A stretch of 53,865 nucleotides of DNA from an uncultured Gammaproteobacteria bacterium (GTDB lineage Bacteria; Patescibacteriota; Microgenomatia; Daviesbacterales; UBA10151). Each line of letters starts with the position of its first letter. Position 1 is the stretch's first letter. Location of the stretch: positions 1 through 53,865 of the forward strand of contig CAZDEH010000006.1 of NCBI GenBank assembly GCA_964504665.1. The letters are read 5' to 3'. The translations under genes were made by a program, and so were the position numbers. Of the stretch, positions 37,904 to 46,833 are shown one piece after another. The notes under the pieces were generated by a model, which saw only the letters and a program-made list of their open reading frames with translations, was not told where the DNA came from and made no database searches.

Positions 37904-39018
37904 GAATTGTTGTCGACGGAAGATTATGGAATGAGAGTGGTTTAGGAAGATACATTAGAAATTTAATCTTACAACTTCAGGAGTTGGATAATGTGGATGA
38001 GTACTTTGTTCTTCACTTACAAAAAGACTTTGATAGAATAAATTATACGAATCCGAAATTCCATAAAATATTAGTAGATGTTAAATGGTATGGAGTGTCG
38101 GAGCAGATTAAATTGCCGAAAATTATAAAATCTCTTAATCCTGATTTAGTGCATTTTCCTCATTTTAACGTACCTATTTTCTATAAAGGGAAATTTGTAG
38201 TTACTATCCATGATTTAATCCATCAACATTTCCAAACCAGGAGCACCACAACTTTAAATCCATTATTACATACAGTTAAAAAAGCAGTATATAAGAAAAT
38301 CTTTTCTCATGCAGTGAAAAAATCTTTTCAAATAATTGTGCCATCAGAATTTATAAAAAATCAATTAATAAGTGAATGGGATGTAGCGGAAAATAAAATT
38401 TCAGTGACATATGAAGGTGTGGAGGAGACAATTGTTAATTTGGTAAAAAATGTGAAGGATGAAGACTTTAAAGAATTAGCGGTGAAATTTGAAATTAGAA
38501 AACCCTATCTCTTTTATGTCGGGAATGCTCAGCCCCATAAAAACCTTTCCAACCTTATAAATGTGTTTGTAAGATTAAAAGATAAATATCCGGATTTAGC
38601 TCTTGTTTTATCTGGTCCTGACCATTATTTTTGGCAAAAGCTCAAAACGACAACCCTTGCAAAACATGTGATATTTACAAGGTTTATTTCTGATCAGGAT
38701 TTAGTAACTCTCTATAAGAACGCAGAAATGTTTGTGATGCCATCCCTGGAAGAAGGTTTTGGTATCCCAATCTTGGAAGCAATGGCTTGTGATTGCCCTG
38801 TTGTTTCTTCAAATACTGCCTCTCTACCGGAAGTTGGAGGGAGTGCAGCGATTTATTTTGATCCTCAAAATGAGAATGATATGGCGGGAAAAATTACTAA
38901 GGTAATAGATAATGAAAAATTAAGAAAAGAATTAATTAGCAGAGGGAGAAAACGATATAAAGTATTTTCCTGGCAAAAAATGGCAGAACAAACATTAGAA
39001 ATTTATCAAAAATCTTAA
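37900..39018 (+). CDS. GT4 glycosyltransferase
   Basis: MPSLEEGFGIPILEAMACDCPVVSSNTASLPEVGGSAAIYFDP. There is an ATGA overlap with the upstream gene. Confidence 0.88.
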   Translation: MRIVVDGRLWNESGLGRYIRNLILQLQELDNVDEYFVLHLQKDFDRINYTNPKFHKILVDVKWYGVSEQIKLPKIIKSLNPDLVHFPHFNVPIFYKGKFVVTIHDLIHQHFQTRSTTTLNPLLHTVKKAVYKKIFSHAVKKSFQIIVPSEFIKNQLISEWDVAENKISVTYEGVEETIVNLVKNVKDEDFKELAVKFEIRKPYLFYVGNAQPHKNLSNLINVFVRLKDKYPDLALVLSGPDHYFWQKLKTTTLAKHVIFTRFISDQDLVTLYKNAEMFVMPSLEEGFGIPILEAMACDCPVVSSNTASLPEVGGSAAIYFDPQNENDMAGKITKVIDNEKLRKELISRGRKRYKVFSWQKMAEQTLEIYQKS

Positions 39019-39926
39019 TTTTTTTCTGCTATACGAAGTTTTCCTGAGCGCGAGCGGGGATTAATTTTAATTTCTTCTTCTGTAGGTTCAACAGGCTTTT
39101 GAGTAAGAATTGTGATCGAACACTTTTTCTCTTCATCTTTCAGAAAATTTTTAACTATTCTATCTTCTAAAGAATGAAAACTAATTACTACTAATCTACC
39201 ACCCGGTGATAAGATGTCTAATGCTTGAGGTAAAGCTTCTTCTAAGCTATGGAGTTCATCGTTAACCGCAATACGTAGAGCCTGAAAAACTTTTGTTGCA
39301 GGGTGAATTTTTTTTGTTTTGTCCAGCTTTTTTACTGATAAAATAATTTGGACTAATTTATCTGTAGTATCTATTTTATCATGATTTCTGTATTCAACGA
39401 TTTTTCTGGCAATTGGTTTTGCAAAACTTTCTTCTCCGTATTTCCAAAATAATTCTGCGAGTTCATCAACGTATAACCCATTAACTAAATCTTCTGCCCT
39501 GAGTTTTTGGGAGCGGTTCATTCTCATATCAAGGGGGGAGTTTTGATTGAAGCTAAATCCTCTTGTAGCATTTCCCAATTGATGTGAAGAAATTCCTAAA
39601 TCAAACAATATTCCTTGAGGATCTTGTGGAAGAAAATTAGATGAAATCTCTTTTACTACAGAAAAATTTGCCTGGCAGATAATTAGAGAGTCAGAAATTG
39701 CCTGAAAACGGTTGTTAATAAGAGTAACTGTTAAGTTATGATTCTCTGCAACTTCTTTGATAGCATCATAGTCCAGATCAATGCCTAAAACTTTTCCTCC
39801 CGCTTTCAATATTGCTTCAGTGTGGCCACCGCCACCTAAATTGCAATCAACATACCAAGCTCCTTTCTGGATATTCAAATAGCTGATAGCTTCCTTCAAC
39901 ATGACTGGAATATGATAATTACTCAT
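39015..39926 (-). CDS. rsmH: 16S rRNA (cytosine1402-N4)-methyltransferase
   Basis: HIPVMLKEAISYL, YVDCNLGGGGHTEAIL, GIDLDYDAI, FDLGISSHQL, RGFSF, LDMRM, HPATKVFQALRIAVNDEL and ISFHSLEDRIVK. Confidence 0.93.
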   Translation of the reverse strand: MSNYHIPVMLKEAISYLNIQKGAWYVDCNLGGGGHTEAILKAGGKVLGIDLDYDAIKEVAENHNLTVTLINNRFQAISDSLIICQANFSVVKEISSNFLPQDPQGILFDLGISSHQLGNATRGFSFNQNSPLDMRMNRSQKLRAEDLVNGLYVDELAELFWKYGEESFAKPIARKIVEYRNHDKIDTTDKLVQIILSVKKLDKTKKIHPATKVFQALRIAVNDELHSLEEALPQALDILSPGGRLVVISFHSLEDRIVKNFLKDEEKKCSITILTQKPVEPTEEEIKINPRSRSGKLRIAEKN

Positions 39927-39959
39927 ATTGATATTTTATCATTTTGGTACAATAAAGGA

Positions 39960-41045
39960 ATGAAAGTGGCGCTTGTTCATGATGATTTAGTTCAGTGGGG
40001 TGGAGCAGAAAGAATGTTGGTGGCTATAAGTGATATTTTTCCGGGAGCTCCTATATATACATCTGTTTTTGATAATAATAACGAAATATTAAAGCAACAA
40101 TTTATGGGTAAAAAAATAATTACCTCTTTTATTCAAAAAATACCCAAATGGAAAAGTATGTACAGAATGTTACTTCCGTTTTATGCCGCAGCCTTTGAGG
40201 GTTTCGATTTTTCAGGTTATGATGTAGTGATCTCTCAAACCACCAGATTTGCCAAAGCGGTTATTACTAAACCTAATACTTTACATATTTGTTATGTTCA
40301 TACACCACCCCGTTTTTTGTGGGATTTTTCCGGAGGAAAAATTAAAGGAGTTCCACAAATATTTTTTAATTATCAGAGAATATTAGATGCAATAGTTAGT
40401 TCCAGGGTAGACATATGGGTTGCAGGATCTAAAAATGCCCAAAAGAGACTCCAAAAAATTTACCATATTAATTCACAGGTTATTTATCCTTTTGTGGATA
40501 CTGAAAGATTTTCATCTATTGATCCCTTTAATGGTGGGTATTTACTGGTGGTATCAAGACTAAATAATTACAAACGGGTAGATTTGATTATCCAAGCTGC
40601 AAATGAGTTAAAGATACCTCTTAAAATTGTGGGTATTGGTCCGCAAGAAAAAAAATTAAAAAAACTGGCTAAGTCAAACGTGTATTTTCTCGGCTCTGTT
40701 AATGAGGAGCTATTAACTTTATTAATTTCCGGTTGTAAAGCGCTTATTATTGCTGCTGAAGAGGATTTTGGTTTAATGCCACTTGAGGCGCAAATTCTGT
40801 CTAAACCTGTGGTTGCTTTTAAAAAAGGAGGTGTAACGGAAACAGTAATTGAAGGTGAAACTGGAGTCTTTTTTGAGTGTCAAAACGTTGAAAGCTTAAC
40901 TCGGGCATTGGTTAAATTGGATAAAGAGGGTTATAATGGAAAAAGATGTCGGGATCAAGCCCGACTTTTTTCAAAAGGTAGGTTTGTTAAAGACTTTAGT
41001 ACCTTAGTATATTCAGCTATGAAGAATATGGAAAATGTAAATTAA
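39960..41045 (+). CDS. GT4 glycosyltransferase
   Basis: From the ATG at 39960 the protein reads MKVALVHDDLVQWGGAERM, a typical GT4 N-terminus. The C-terminal motif is EDFGLMPLEAQILSKPVVAFKKGG. Confidence 0.85.
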   Translation: MKVALVHDDLVQWGGAERMLVAISDIFPGAPIYTSVFDNNNEILKQQFMGKKIITSFIQKIPKWKSMYRMLLPFYAAAFEGFDFSGYDVVISQTTRFAKAVITKPNTLHICYVHTPPRFLWDFSGGKIKGVPQIFFNYQRILDAIVSSRVDIWVAGSKNAQKRLQKIYHINSQVIYPFVDTERFSSIDPFNGGYLLVVSRLNNYKRVDLIIQAANELKIPLKIVGIGPQEKKLKKLAKSNVYFLGSVNEELLTLLISGCKALIIAAEEDFGLMPLEAQILSKPVVAFKKGGVTETVIEGETGVFFECQNVESLTRALVKLDKEGYNGKRCRDQARLFSKGRFVKDFSTLVYSAMKNMENVN

Positions 41046-41047
41046 AT

Positions 41048-41728
41048 ATGCAGATATCTGAAAATAGTGAAGAATATCCAAGTTTTGTATACGAAGATGT
41101 GCTCTTTAACTTCCTAAAAAGGCTAATTGATGTCCTTGGTTCAATTGTAGGTATTATATTATTTTCTCCAGTTATGCTGCTTACTGCTATTTGTATTAAA
41201 CTTGATTCGGAAGGTCCGATATTTGCCGATACCCCGATGAGGGTGGGTAAAGATGGGAAACATTTTAATATGTATAAATTTCGCTCAATGATTGTAGGAG
41301 CACATAGACTTCTGCACAGAAATCCAAAATTGCTTAAAGAGTATAAGAAGAATAGTTATAAAATTATTGATGATCCCCGGGTTACACCAGTTGGTCGGTT
41401 TATAAGAAAAATATCTATTGATGAGATGCCTCAATTCTTTAATGTTTTAAGAGGCGATATGAGTTTGGTTGGAATTAGACCTTATTATCCGTTTGAGTTA
41501 GAGGAGCAGCAGCAGAAGTATCCGCAAAGTAAAAAATTTGTTAAAATTGTTTTACAATCTAAGCCCGGAATAACCGGAGTATGGCAGGTTTCGGGAAGGT
41601 CTTCTATCAATTTCGATAAAAGGGTTAAGATGGATGCTTCATATGTTCAGAAAAAATCTATTTTATATGACATCTGGATTATCATCCAAACAATTCCTGC
41701 AGTTTTGTTTGGTAAAGGTGCAATTTGA
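41048..41728 (+). CDS. Small monotopic polyprenyl-phosphate phosphoglycosyltransferase (bacterial sugar transferase, PglC/WbaP C-terminal-domain type)
   Basis: A re-entrant helix (VLGSIVGIILFSPVMLLTAICI) is followed by EGPIF, YKFRSM, DEMPQFFNVLRGDMSLVGIRP and KPGITGVWQVSGRS. Confidence 0.9.
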   Translation: MQISENSEEYPSFVYEDVLFNFLKRLIDVLGSIVGIILFSPVMLLTAICIKLDSEGPIFADTPMRVGKDGKHFNMYKFRSMIVGAHRLLHRNPKLLKEYKKNSYKIIDDPRVTPVGRFIRKISIDEMPQFFNVLRGDMSLVGIRPYYPFELEEQQQKYPQSKKFVKIVLQSKPGITGVWQVSGRSSINFDKRVKMDASYVQKKSILYDIWIIIQTIPAVLFGKGAI

Positions 41729-41746
41729 AAAGCAACAAAGACGACC

Positions 41747-43651
41747 ATGATGAATTTAAATAAACAGTTGAATACTTTGGGTAGAAAAGATTCTATGAGT
41801 AGTAAAAAAAGAAATTTTAAACCGGTATTAATTAAAATAGGTATAATGCTTGCAATTATTATTGTATTAATTTACCTGCCAGCAAGGATTATTTATTCCG
41901 GATTTAAAGAAGCGATAGTTGGTGTGACCAGGATAAACACGGGTATGAAAGCTGAAGATTTCGATGAGATTAAGGCTGGTGTTGGGGTTACGAAATCGTC
42001 AATTAGCCGTATTGATACGGCATTAAATTTTTTTATCTATCTCCGGATAATTCCTTTTGTGGGCGGATTTTATGCAGACAGTAAACATTTTTTATCGGCT
42101 GCCAGTTATGAAATAGAAGCCGCTCAAATAATTTTGGAAAGCTTAGAACCGTATAAAACTGAACTTGGATTTACCGGTCAGGTAACAGCAGGTCAAGACC
42201 GTATTGCTCAAGCAGTAAAAATATTAGATAAAACTCTACCAAATATTGATAAATTTGAGCCTCTTATGAGAAAAGCTAGAAATGAAGTTAAAGATATAAA
42301 TATAGATAAATATCCCGAGCAGTTGGGGAAGAGAAAATTAAAAAGCAGGATTGATGAAGCTAAAAATTTTATTATTGGAGCACATGTGGCAGTAACAGAT
42401 GCTAGACCAGCCCTAGAAATGGTCCCATCAGCTTTAGGAGAACCAAGTAGCAAAACGTATTTAATGTTGTTTCAAAATGACAAAGAGCTTAGAGCTACAG
42501 GGGGATTTCTTACTGCTTATGCCTTTTTAAAGTTGGATAAAGGACATCTTTCTACCACTCAGTCGGATGATATTTATAGACTGGATGAAAAGTTGCTCAG
42601 TGTCTGTTTATCGAAAGTATGTCCCTTAGCTCCTCCATCTCCGATTGTCAAATATTTACCGGAAACCACAGGAAAACCACGTTCGGCTTGGTCAATGAGG
42701 GACTCCAATCTTTCTCCTGACTTGCCTACATCTGCTAAAGAATTTGAAAGAATGTATCAGATGTTAGACACAGCAGTTCCTTTTGATGGAATTATGACAA
42801 TTGATACCAGTGTAGTTGAGGATTTGATTAAAATTACCGGTCCTATAGAAGTCAATGGAACAACGTATAGTGCAGAGACAGATAAAAGATGTAATTGTGC
42901 AAATGTTATTTATGAGCTTGAACATTATGCTGAAGTTGCATCAAAAGGGGAATCTGATAGAAAAGAAGTGGTAGGGACGTTGATGCAAACTATTTTGGCG
43001 AAATTACTGGGTTCTGGTATGGATAAATTACCATCTTTTATTAATGTTGGAGTGAAGCTGGCTTCCGATAAGCACATTATGATGTATATGCACGATGCTA
43101 AAACCCAATCTGCTTTGTCCCAGCTTAACTGGACAGGAGAGATTAAGAAAGATGCTTCCGGGGATTACTTACACATAAATGATTCGAATTTTGCCGGAGG
43201 TAAATCAAATCTATATGTTGAAGAGAAAATTACTTATGAAATTAAAGTTGAAGGAGGTGGTACAGCTAGAAACAAATTAACAATTGAATATAAAAATCCA
43301 CAGCCATACAACACTTGGTTAAACGCCATTTTGCGTTCCTACGTCAGAGTTTATGCACCATATGGGTCTACGCTTACTTTTTCCAAAGGTTCTGATGACC
43401 CTGTGACTACCCAAACAGATGACTTTTTAAATAAAACTTATTTTGAGAGTTTTGTGCAAGTTAGACCTCAAAATTCTCGGATTTTAGTGCTTGAATATAC
43501 TTTGCCAAATAAGATTCAGGGTAAAAATTATCCATTGCTCATTCAAAAACAACCAGGGGCCAAAGACCATCACTACACTATTAAGATTAACGGTGCTACT
43601 AAAGCAGAGTTTAACTTAACCTCAGATAAACAACTCAATCTTTCTTTTTAA
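41747..43651 (+). CDS. Membrane-anchored large extracytoplasmic protein, DUF4012-like
   Basis: 634 aa with a single N-terminal TM helix (VLIKIGIMLAIIIVLIYL). The segment YLMLFQNDKELRATGGFLTAYAFLKLDKG matches my recollection of the DUF4012 core. This is not verified by search. Confidence 0.5.
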   Translation: MMNLNKQLNTLGRKDSMSSKKRNFKPVLIKIGIMLAIIIVLIYLPARIIYSGFKEAIVGVTRINTGMKAEDFDEIKAGVGVTKSSISRIDTALNFFIYLRIIPFVGGFYADSKHFLSAASYEIEAAQIILESLEPYKTELGFTGQVTAGQDRIAQAVKILDKTLPNIDKFEPLMRKARNEVKDINIDKYPEQLGKRKLKSRIDEAKNFIIGAHVAVTDARPALEMVPSALGEPSSKTYLMLFQNDKELRATGGFLTAYAFLKLDKGHLSTTQSDDIYRLDEKLLSVCLSKVCPLAPPSPIVKYLPETTGKPRSAWSMRDSNLSPDLPTSAKEFERMYQMLDTAVPFDGIMTIDTSVVEDLIKITGPIEVNGTTYSAETDKRCNCANVIYELEHYAEVASKGESDRKEVVGTLMQTILAKLLGSGMDKLPSFINVGVKLASDKHIMMYMHDAKTQSALSQLNWTGEIKKDASGDYLHINDSNFAGGKSNLYVEEKITYEIKVEGGGTARNKLTIEYKNPQPYNTWLNAILRSYVRVYAPYGSTLTFSKGSDDPVTTQTDDFLNKTYFESFVQVRPQNSRILVLEYTLPNKIQGKNYPLLIQKQPGAKDHHYTIKINGATKAEFNLTSDKQLNLSF

Positions 43652-43672
43652 AACTTATTGTATAATGCCCTC

Positions 43673-44317
43673 ATGCCTGTTTCTACTTTTGAGGGAATAA
43701 TTATTCGAAGATCTAATTTTGGGGAAGCGGATCGGATTCTGACAGTAATCACTCCATATAAGGGTAAAATAAAGTTAATTGCAAAAGGGGTAAGAAGAAT
43801 TACCTCCAGACGTAGCGGAAATGTAGAGCTTTTGAATAGAGCTAAGTTGCATGTTTTCCAAGGTAAAGGTATGTCTATTTTAACGGAGGCAGAGGCGCTG
43901 GATACTTTTCCAAAAATAAAAAATGATTTACTGCTTTCTTCATACGGATCTCACATAATTGAGCTTATTGATAAGTTCTTACCTGAAGAACAGGCAAATC
44001 CTTTGGTTTATCAACTTCTTGTATCTATCCTAAAACTTTTAGAAACTAATCCCAGGCAGATATTTATCAGAGCTTTTGAAATTAAATTGCTTTCCCTATT
44101 AGGGTTTTGGTCTTTGGATCAACTGGGTGATATTGGCAAAAATAAAGAAATTTTAACGTTGCTGCAAAAAAATAGTTGGGAGGATTTAGGAAAATTAAAG
44201 CTGTCTTCGAATCAGGCTCTGGAACTTGAGAAAATAGTACGCTATTATATAGAAAAGATTTTAGAGTCATCTTTGAAATCAGCCAGAATAATTCGGAATT
44301 TAAGACAAAATGGATAA
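43673..44317 (+). CDS. recO: DNA repair protein RecO
   Basis: The OB-fold N-terminus reads MPVSTFEGIIIRRSNFGEADRILTVITPYKGKIKLIAKGVRR. The ATG at 43673 is preferred over the TTG at 43658. Confidence 0.85.
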   Translation: MPVSTFEGIIIRRSNFGEADRILTVITPYKGKIKLIAKGVRRITSRRSGNVELLNRAKLHVFQGKGMSILTEAEALDTFPKIKNDLLLSSYGSHIIELIDKFLPEEQANPLVYQLLVSILKLLETNPRQIFIRAFEIKLLSLLGFWSLDQLGDIGKNKEILTLLQKNSWEDLGKLKLSSNQALELEKIVRYYIEKILESSLKSARIIRNLRQNG

Positions 44318-45707
44318 AGAACTGCTTGAAAAAATTGTTGCTCTTTGTAAACGCCGGGGTTTTATCTATCCCGGTTCTGAAATTTATGGAGGATTAGCAA
44401 ATACCTATGATTTTGGACCTTTAGGGGTAGAGTTAAAACGTAATTTAGTAAATTATTGGTGGAAAAACTTTGTTTCCAGCCGTGAAGATATATTTGGCTT
44501 AGATACCTCTATTTTAATGAGTCCAAAAGTTTGGGAAGCTTCAGGGCACACCAAAAGCTTTACCAATGTCTTAATAGATTGTAAAACCTGTCAATATAGA
44601 ACTCGTGCAGATCACCTCATCGAAGATGCTTTACCGGATAAAGGAATTGTGGAAGGCTTATCTTTAGATGAACTGGATAAAATTGTTGATGAAAACAAAA
44701 TCAAATGTCCAAAATGCGGAAAAAATACATGGACAAAAACCCGTAATTTTAATCAACTATTTGAAACAGAAATCGGAATAATTACCTCTGGTAAAAATAC
44801 AGCATATTTACGAGGAGAATTAGCTCAAGGGATGTTTGTCGATTTTAAACAAGTGTTAGACAGTGTGCATCCTAAACTTCCGTTTGGGTTAGCCCAATCC
44901 GGCAAGGCTTTTCGAAATGAAATCACCATGGGGAAATTTACTTTTCGAACACTGGAATTCGATTTAGCAGAGTTTGAATATTTTATGCGTCCTGATGAGT
45001 GGGAAAAATGGTTTGAATATTGGAAAGAAGTAATGATGAAATTTGCTTTATCACTTGGACTGGATAAAGATAAACTGCGCTGGAGAGCTCATTCTAAAGA
45101 AGAGCTTTCCCATTATTCTAAAAGGACAGAGGATTTGGAATATAAATTTCCATGGGGGTACAAAGAAATGTGGGGGTTGGCATACCGGACTGATTTTGAT
45201 TTAAAAAATCATATGGAGAAATCTGGAGTAGATATGAATTTTACAGATCCTTATACTGGTGAAAAATTTATTCCCCATGTGGTGGAACCGACATTCGGGT
45301 TATCCCGTTTAGTCACGATAATTTTAATGGATGCATATGTTGAAGATAAAGAAACTAAAAGAATGTGGCTTAAATTACCAATCAAACTTGTGCCATTTAA
45401 AGCAGCCGTCTTTCCGCTTCTTGCTAATAAACCAGAACTTGTGGAAAAAGCCAGAAAGATCTATCTTGACCTGAAAAATGATTTCATGGTAGCGTGGGAT
45501 GAGAGGGGAAATATTGGTAAAAGATATGCTGCCCAAGATGAAATTGGCACTCCATTTTGTACAACAATTGATTTCCAAACCCTAGAAGATGAGACTGTAA
45601 CTATTCGTGATCGGGATACAGCAAAACAAATAAGAGTTAAACCCGGAGAGTTATCTGATTATATAAATAATAAAATTTATGGAGAGAAAAGTTCGTTTTC
45701 GATGTGA
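44310..45707 (+). CDS. glyQS: Glycine--tRNA ligase (single-chain alpha2 type)
   Basis: LCKRRGFIYPGSEIYGGLANTYDFGPLGVELKRNL, SGH, FRNEITMGKFTFRTLEF and EPTFGLSRL. An anticodon-binding C-terminal domain is present. Confidence 0.93.
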   Translation: MDKELLEKIVALCKRRGFIYPGSEIYGGLANTYDFGPLGVELKRNLVNYWWKNFVSSREDIFGLDTSILMSPKVWEASGHTKSFTNVLIDCKTCQYRTRADHLIEDALPDKGIVEGLSLDELDKIVDENKIKCPKCGKNTWTKTRNFNQLFETEIGIITSGKNTAYLRGELAQGMFVDFKQVLDSVHPKLPFGLAQSGKAFRNEITMGKFTFRTLEFDLAEFEYFMRPDEWEKWFEYWKEVMMKFALSLGLDKDKLRWRAHSKEELSHYSKRTEDLEYKFPWGYKEMWGLAYRTDFDLKNHMEKSGVDMNFTDPYTGEKFIPHVVEPTFGLSRLVTIILMDAYVEDKETKRMWLKLPIKLVPFKAAVFPLLANKPELVEKARKIYLDLKNDFMVAWDERGNIGKRYAAQDEIGTPFCTTIDFQTLEDETVTIRDRDTAKQIRVKPGELSDYINNKIYGEKSSFSM

Positions 45708-45909
45708 ATCTAGCGGGATGTTTATAGTTACAGACGGAGAAACCTTTCAATCAGGATCTACAAGTTTAATAGAAGCATTAAGAATGTTTCAAGATGCTTT
45801 AAATAATATCCAACAACAGTTTAGATTGGAAGCTTATAAAGAGGTTAAATTAACACAACCTCCTGTCAGAATAGTTGGTACTAGAAAGGATTTGGTAAGA
45901 ATTGTTTAA
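45679..45909 (+). CDS. Small hypothetical protein (76 aa, or about 63 aa from the internal ATG)
   Basis: The ORF bridges the glyQS end (29-nt overlap) and the next gene's TTG start (8-nt overlap). No family is recognised. Its coding status is uncertain. Confidence 0.35.
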   Translation: MERKVRFRCESSGMFIVTDGETFQSGSTSLIEALRMFQDALNNIQQQFRLEAYKEVKLTQPPVRIVGTRKDLVRIV

Positions 45910-46738
45910 CTTAAAAACAGTTTTAGTCAGGAATAGAATAATAATTGTCTTAATCATATTAATGATTGTTTTTTTGGTGGGAGCTTATTTAGGTTACAAT
46001 AAGATTGTTAATTCAGAACAACCACAAAATTTAAGTGAAGTGGATTTACTTTTTGATCCGGAAGGGCCTTATGCTCTACTTTACCCTAGACGTGATGGTA
46101 ATGCTCTAGTCCTAAATATTAAACGGACAGCATCTTATGATGCTATCTCTTATGAATTAGCCTATACCTCCGAAGGAATAGACCGAGGAGTGATTGGCGA
46201 AATTAATACTGGAGAAAAAAAGGGAGAATATGAACAAGAAATTTTATTTGGGACTTGCAGTAAAAATGTTTGTAAGTACGATACCGGAGTAGAAAACGGA
46301 ACGTTAACTTTACATATTAAAAAAGGGAAACAATCTTTTAGAATGATAACATTATGGCATCTGCAAAAACCCGACATAGCTCTCGGAAAATTAATTTCCG
46401 GAGACAATCACTTACTCTATCAAATAGATCATAGCTCTCCTAATTTATCACTTATAAATTATTCTATCATTAATGATTTGTCTGCAGCTCCTAAATTACC
46501 CAGTGACAAAACAGTTATCGGAAAAGTTTATGGAGTTAATGCTCCTGTGGCAAAATCTATGCCTGGGGGACAAGTAACTATAGAACTTTCAGATAACCCC
46601 TTAACTGATGCAAAAATCTCCCATTTTGACGAAAGTGAAAATAAATGGATTGAGTATGATACAAAGATAGAAGGAAATAAGCTTAGTGCTAAGCTTAATA
46701 ATGCAGGTATAATTACAGTCCTTTCTTCAAAGAAGTAG
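45902..46738 (+). CDS. Hypothetical N-terminally membrane-anchored protein
   Basis: 278 aa with a TTG start. It has a single TM helix (IIIVLIILMIVFLVGAYLG) followed by a beta-rich extracytoplasmic region. Confidence 0.55.
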   Translation: MFNLKTVLVRNRIIIVLIILMIVFLVGAYLGYNKIVNSEQPQNLSEVDLLFDPEGPYALLYPRRDGNALVLNIKRTASYDAISYELAYTSEGIDRGVIGEINTGEKKGEYEQEILFGTCSKNVCKYDTGVENGTLTLHIKKGKQSFRMITLWHLQKPDIALGKLISGDNHLLYQIDHSSPNLSLINYSIINDLSAAPKLPSDKTVIGKVYGVNAPVAKSMPGGQVTIELSDNPLTDAKISHFDESENKWIEYDTKIEGNKLSAKLNNAGIITVLSSKK

Positions 46739-46779
46739 TTGAGTTTTCACAGACAATTAATTTTTCCGTGAAAAGGGTA

Positions 46780-46807
46780 TTGACTAATTTCAAAAATGGT
46801 TTATTAT
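46780..46807 (+). promoter_or_regulatory. Candidate sigma70-type promoter of the dcw operon
   Basis: TTGACT (46780-46785), a 16-nt spacer, then TATTAT (46802-46807). The -10 element ends 46 nt upstream of the mraZ ATG. Confidence 0.45.
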
Positions 46808-46833
46808 GGATACAGATGGTGAAATAAGGTGAA
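46808..46833 (+). promoter_or_regulatory. Candidate MraZ operator: three direct hexamer repeats with 10-bp phasing
   Basis: GGATAC (46808-13), GGTGAA (46818-23) and GGTGAA (46828-33). Each is spaced exactly 10 bp start to start. They lie just downstream of the putative -10 element. Confidence 0.45.

Noticed and set aside
39928-39953. Promoter-like TTGATA / TACAAT pair in the 33-nt rsmH-GT4 divergent spacer
   Set aside because: The spacer between the hexamers is only 14 nt. A TGgTACAAT extended -10 reading is possible but would leave a 6-nt leader. The evidence is too weak to call.
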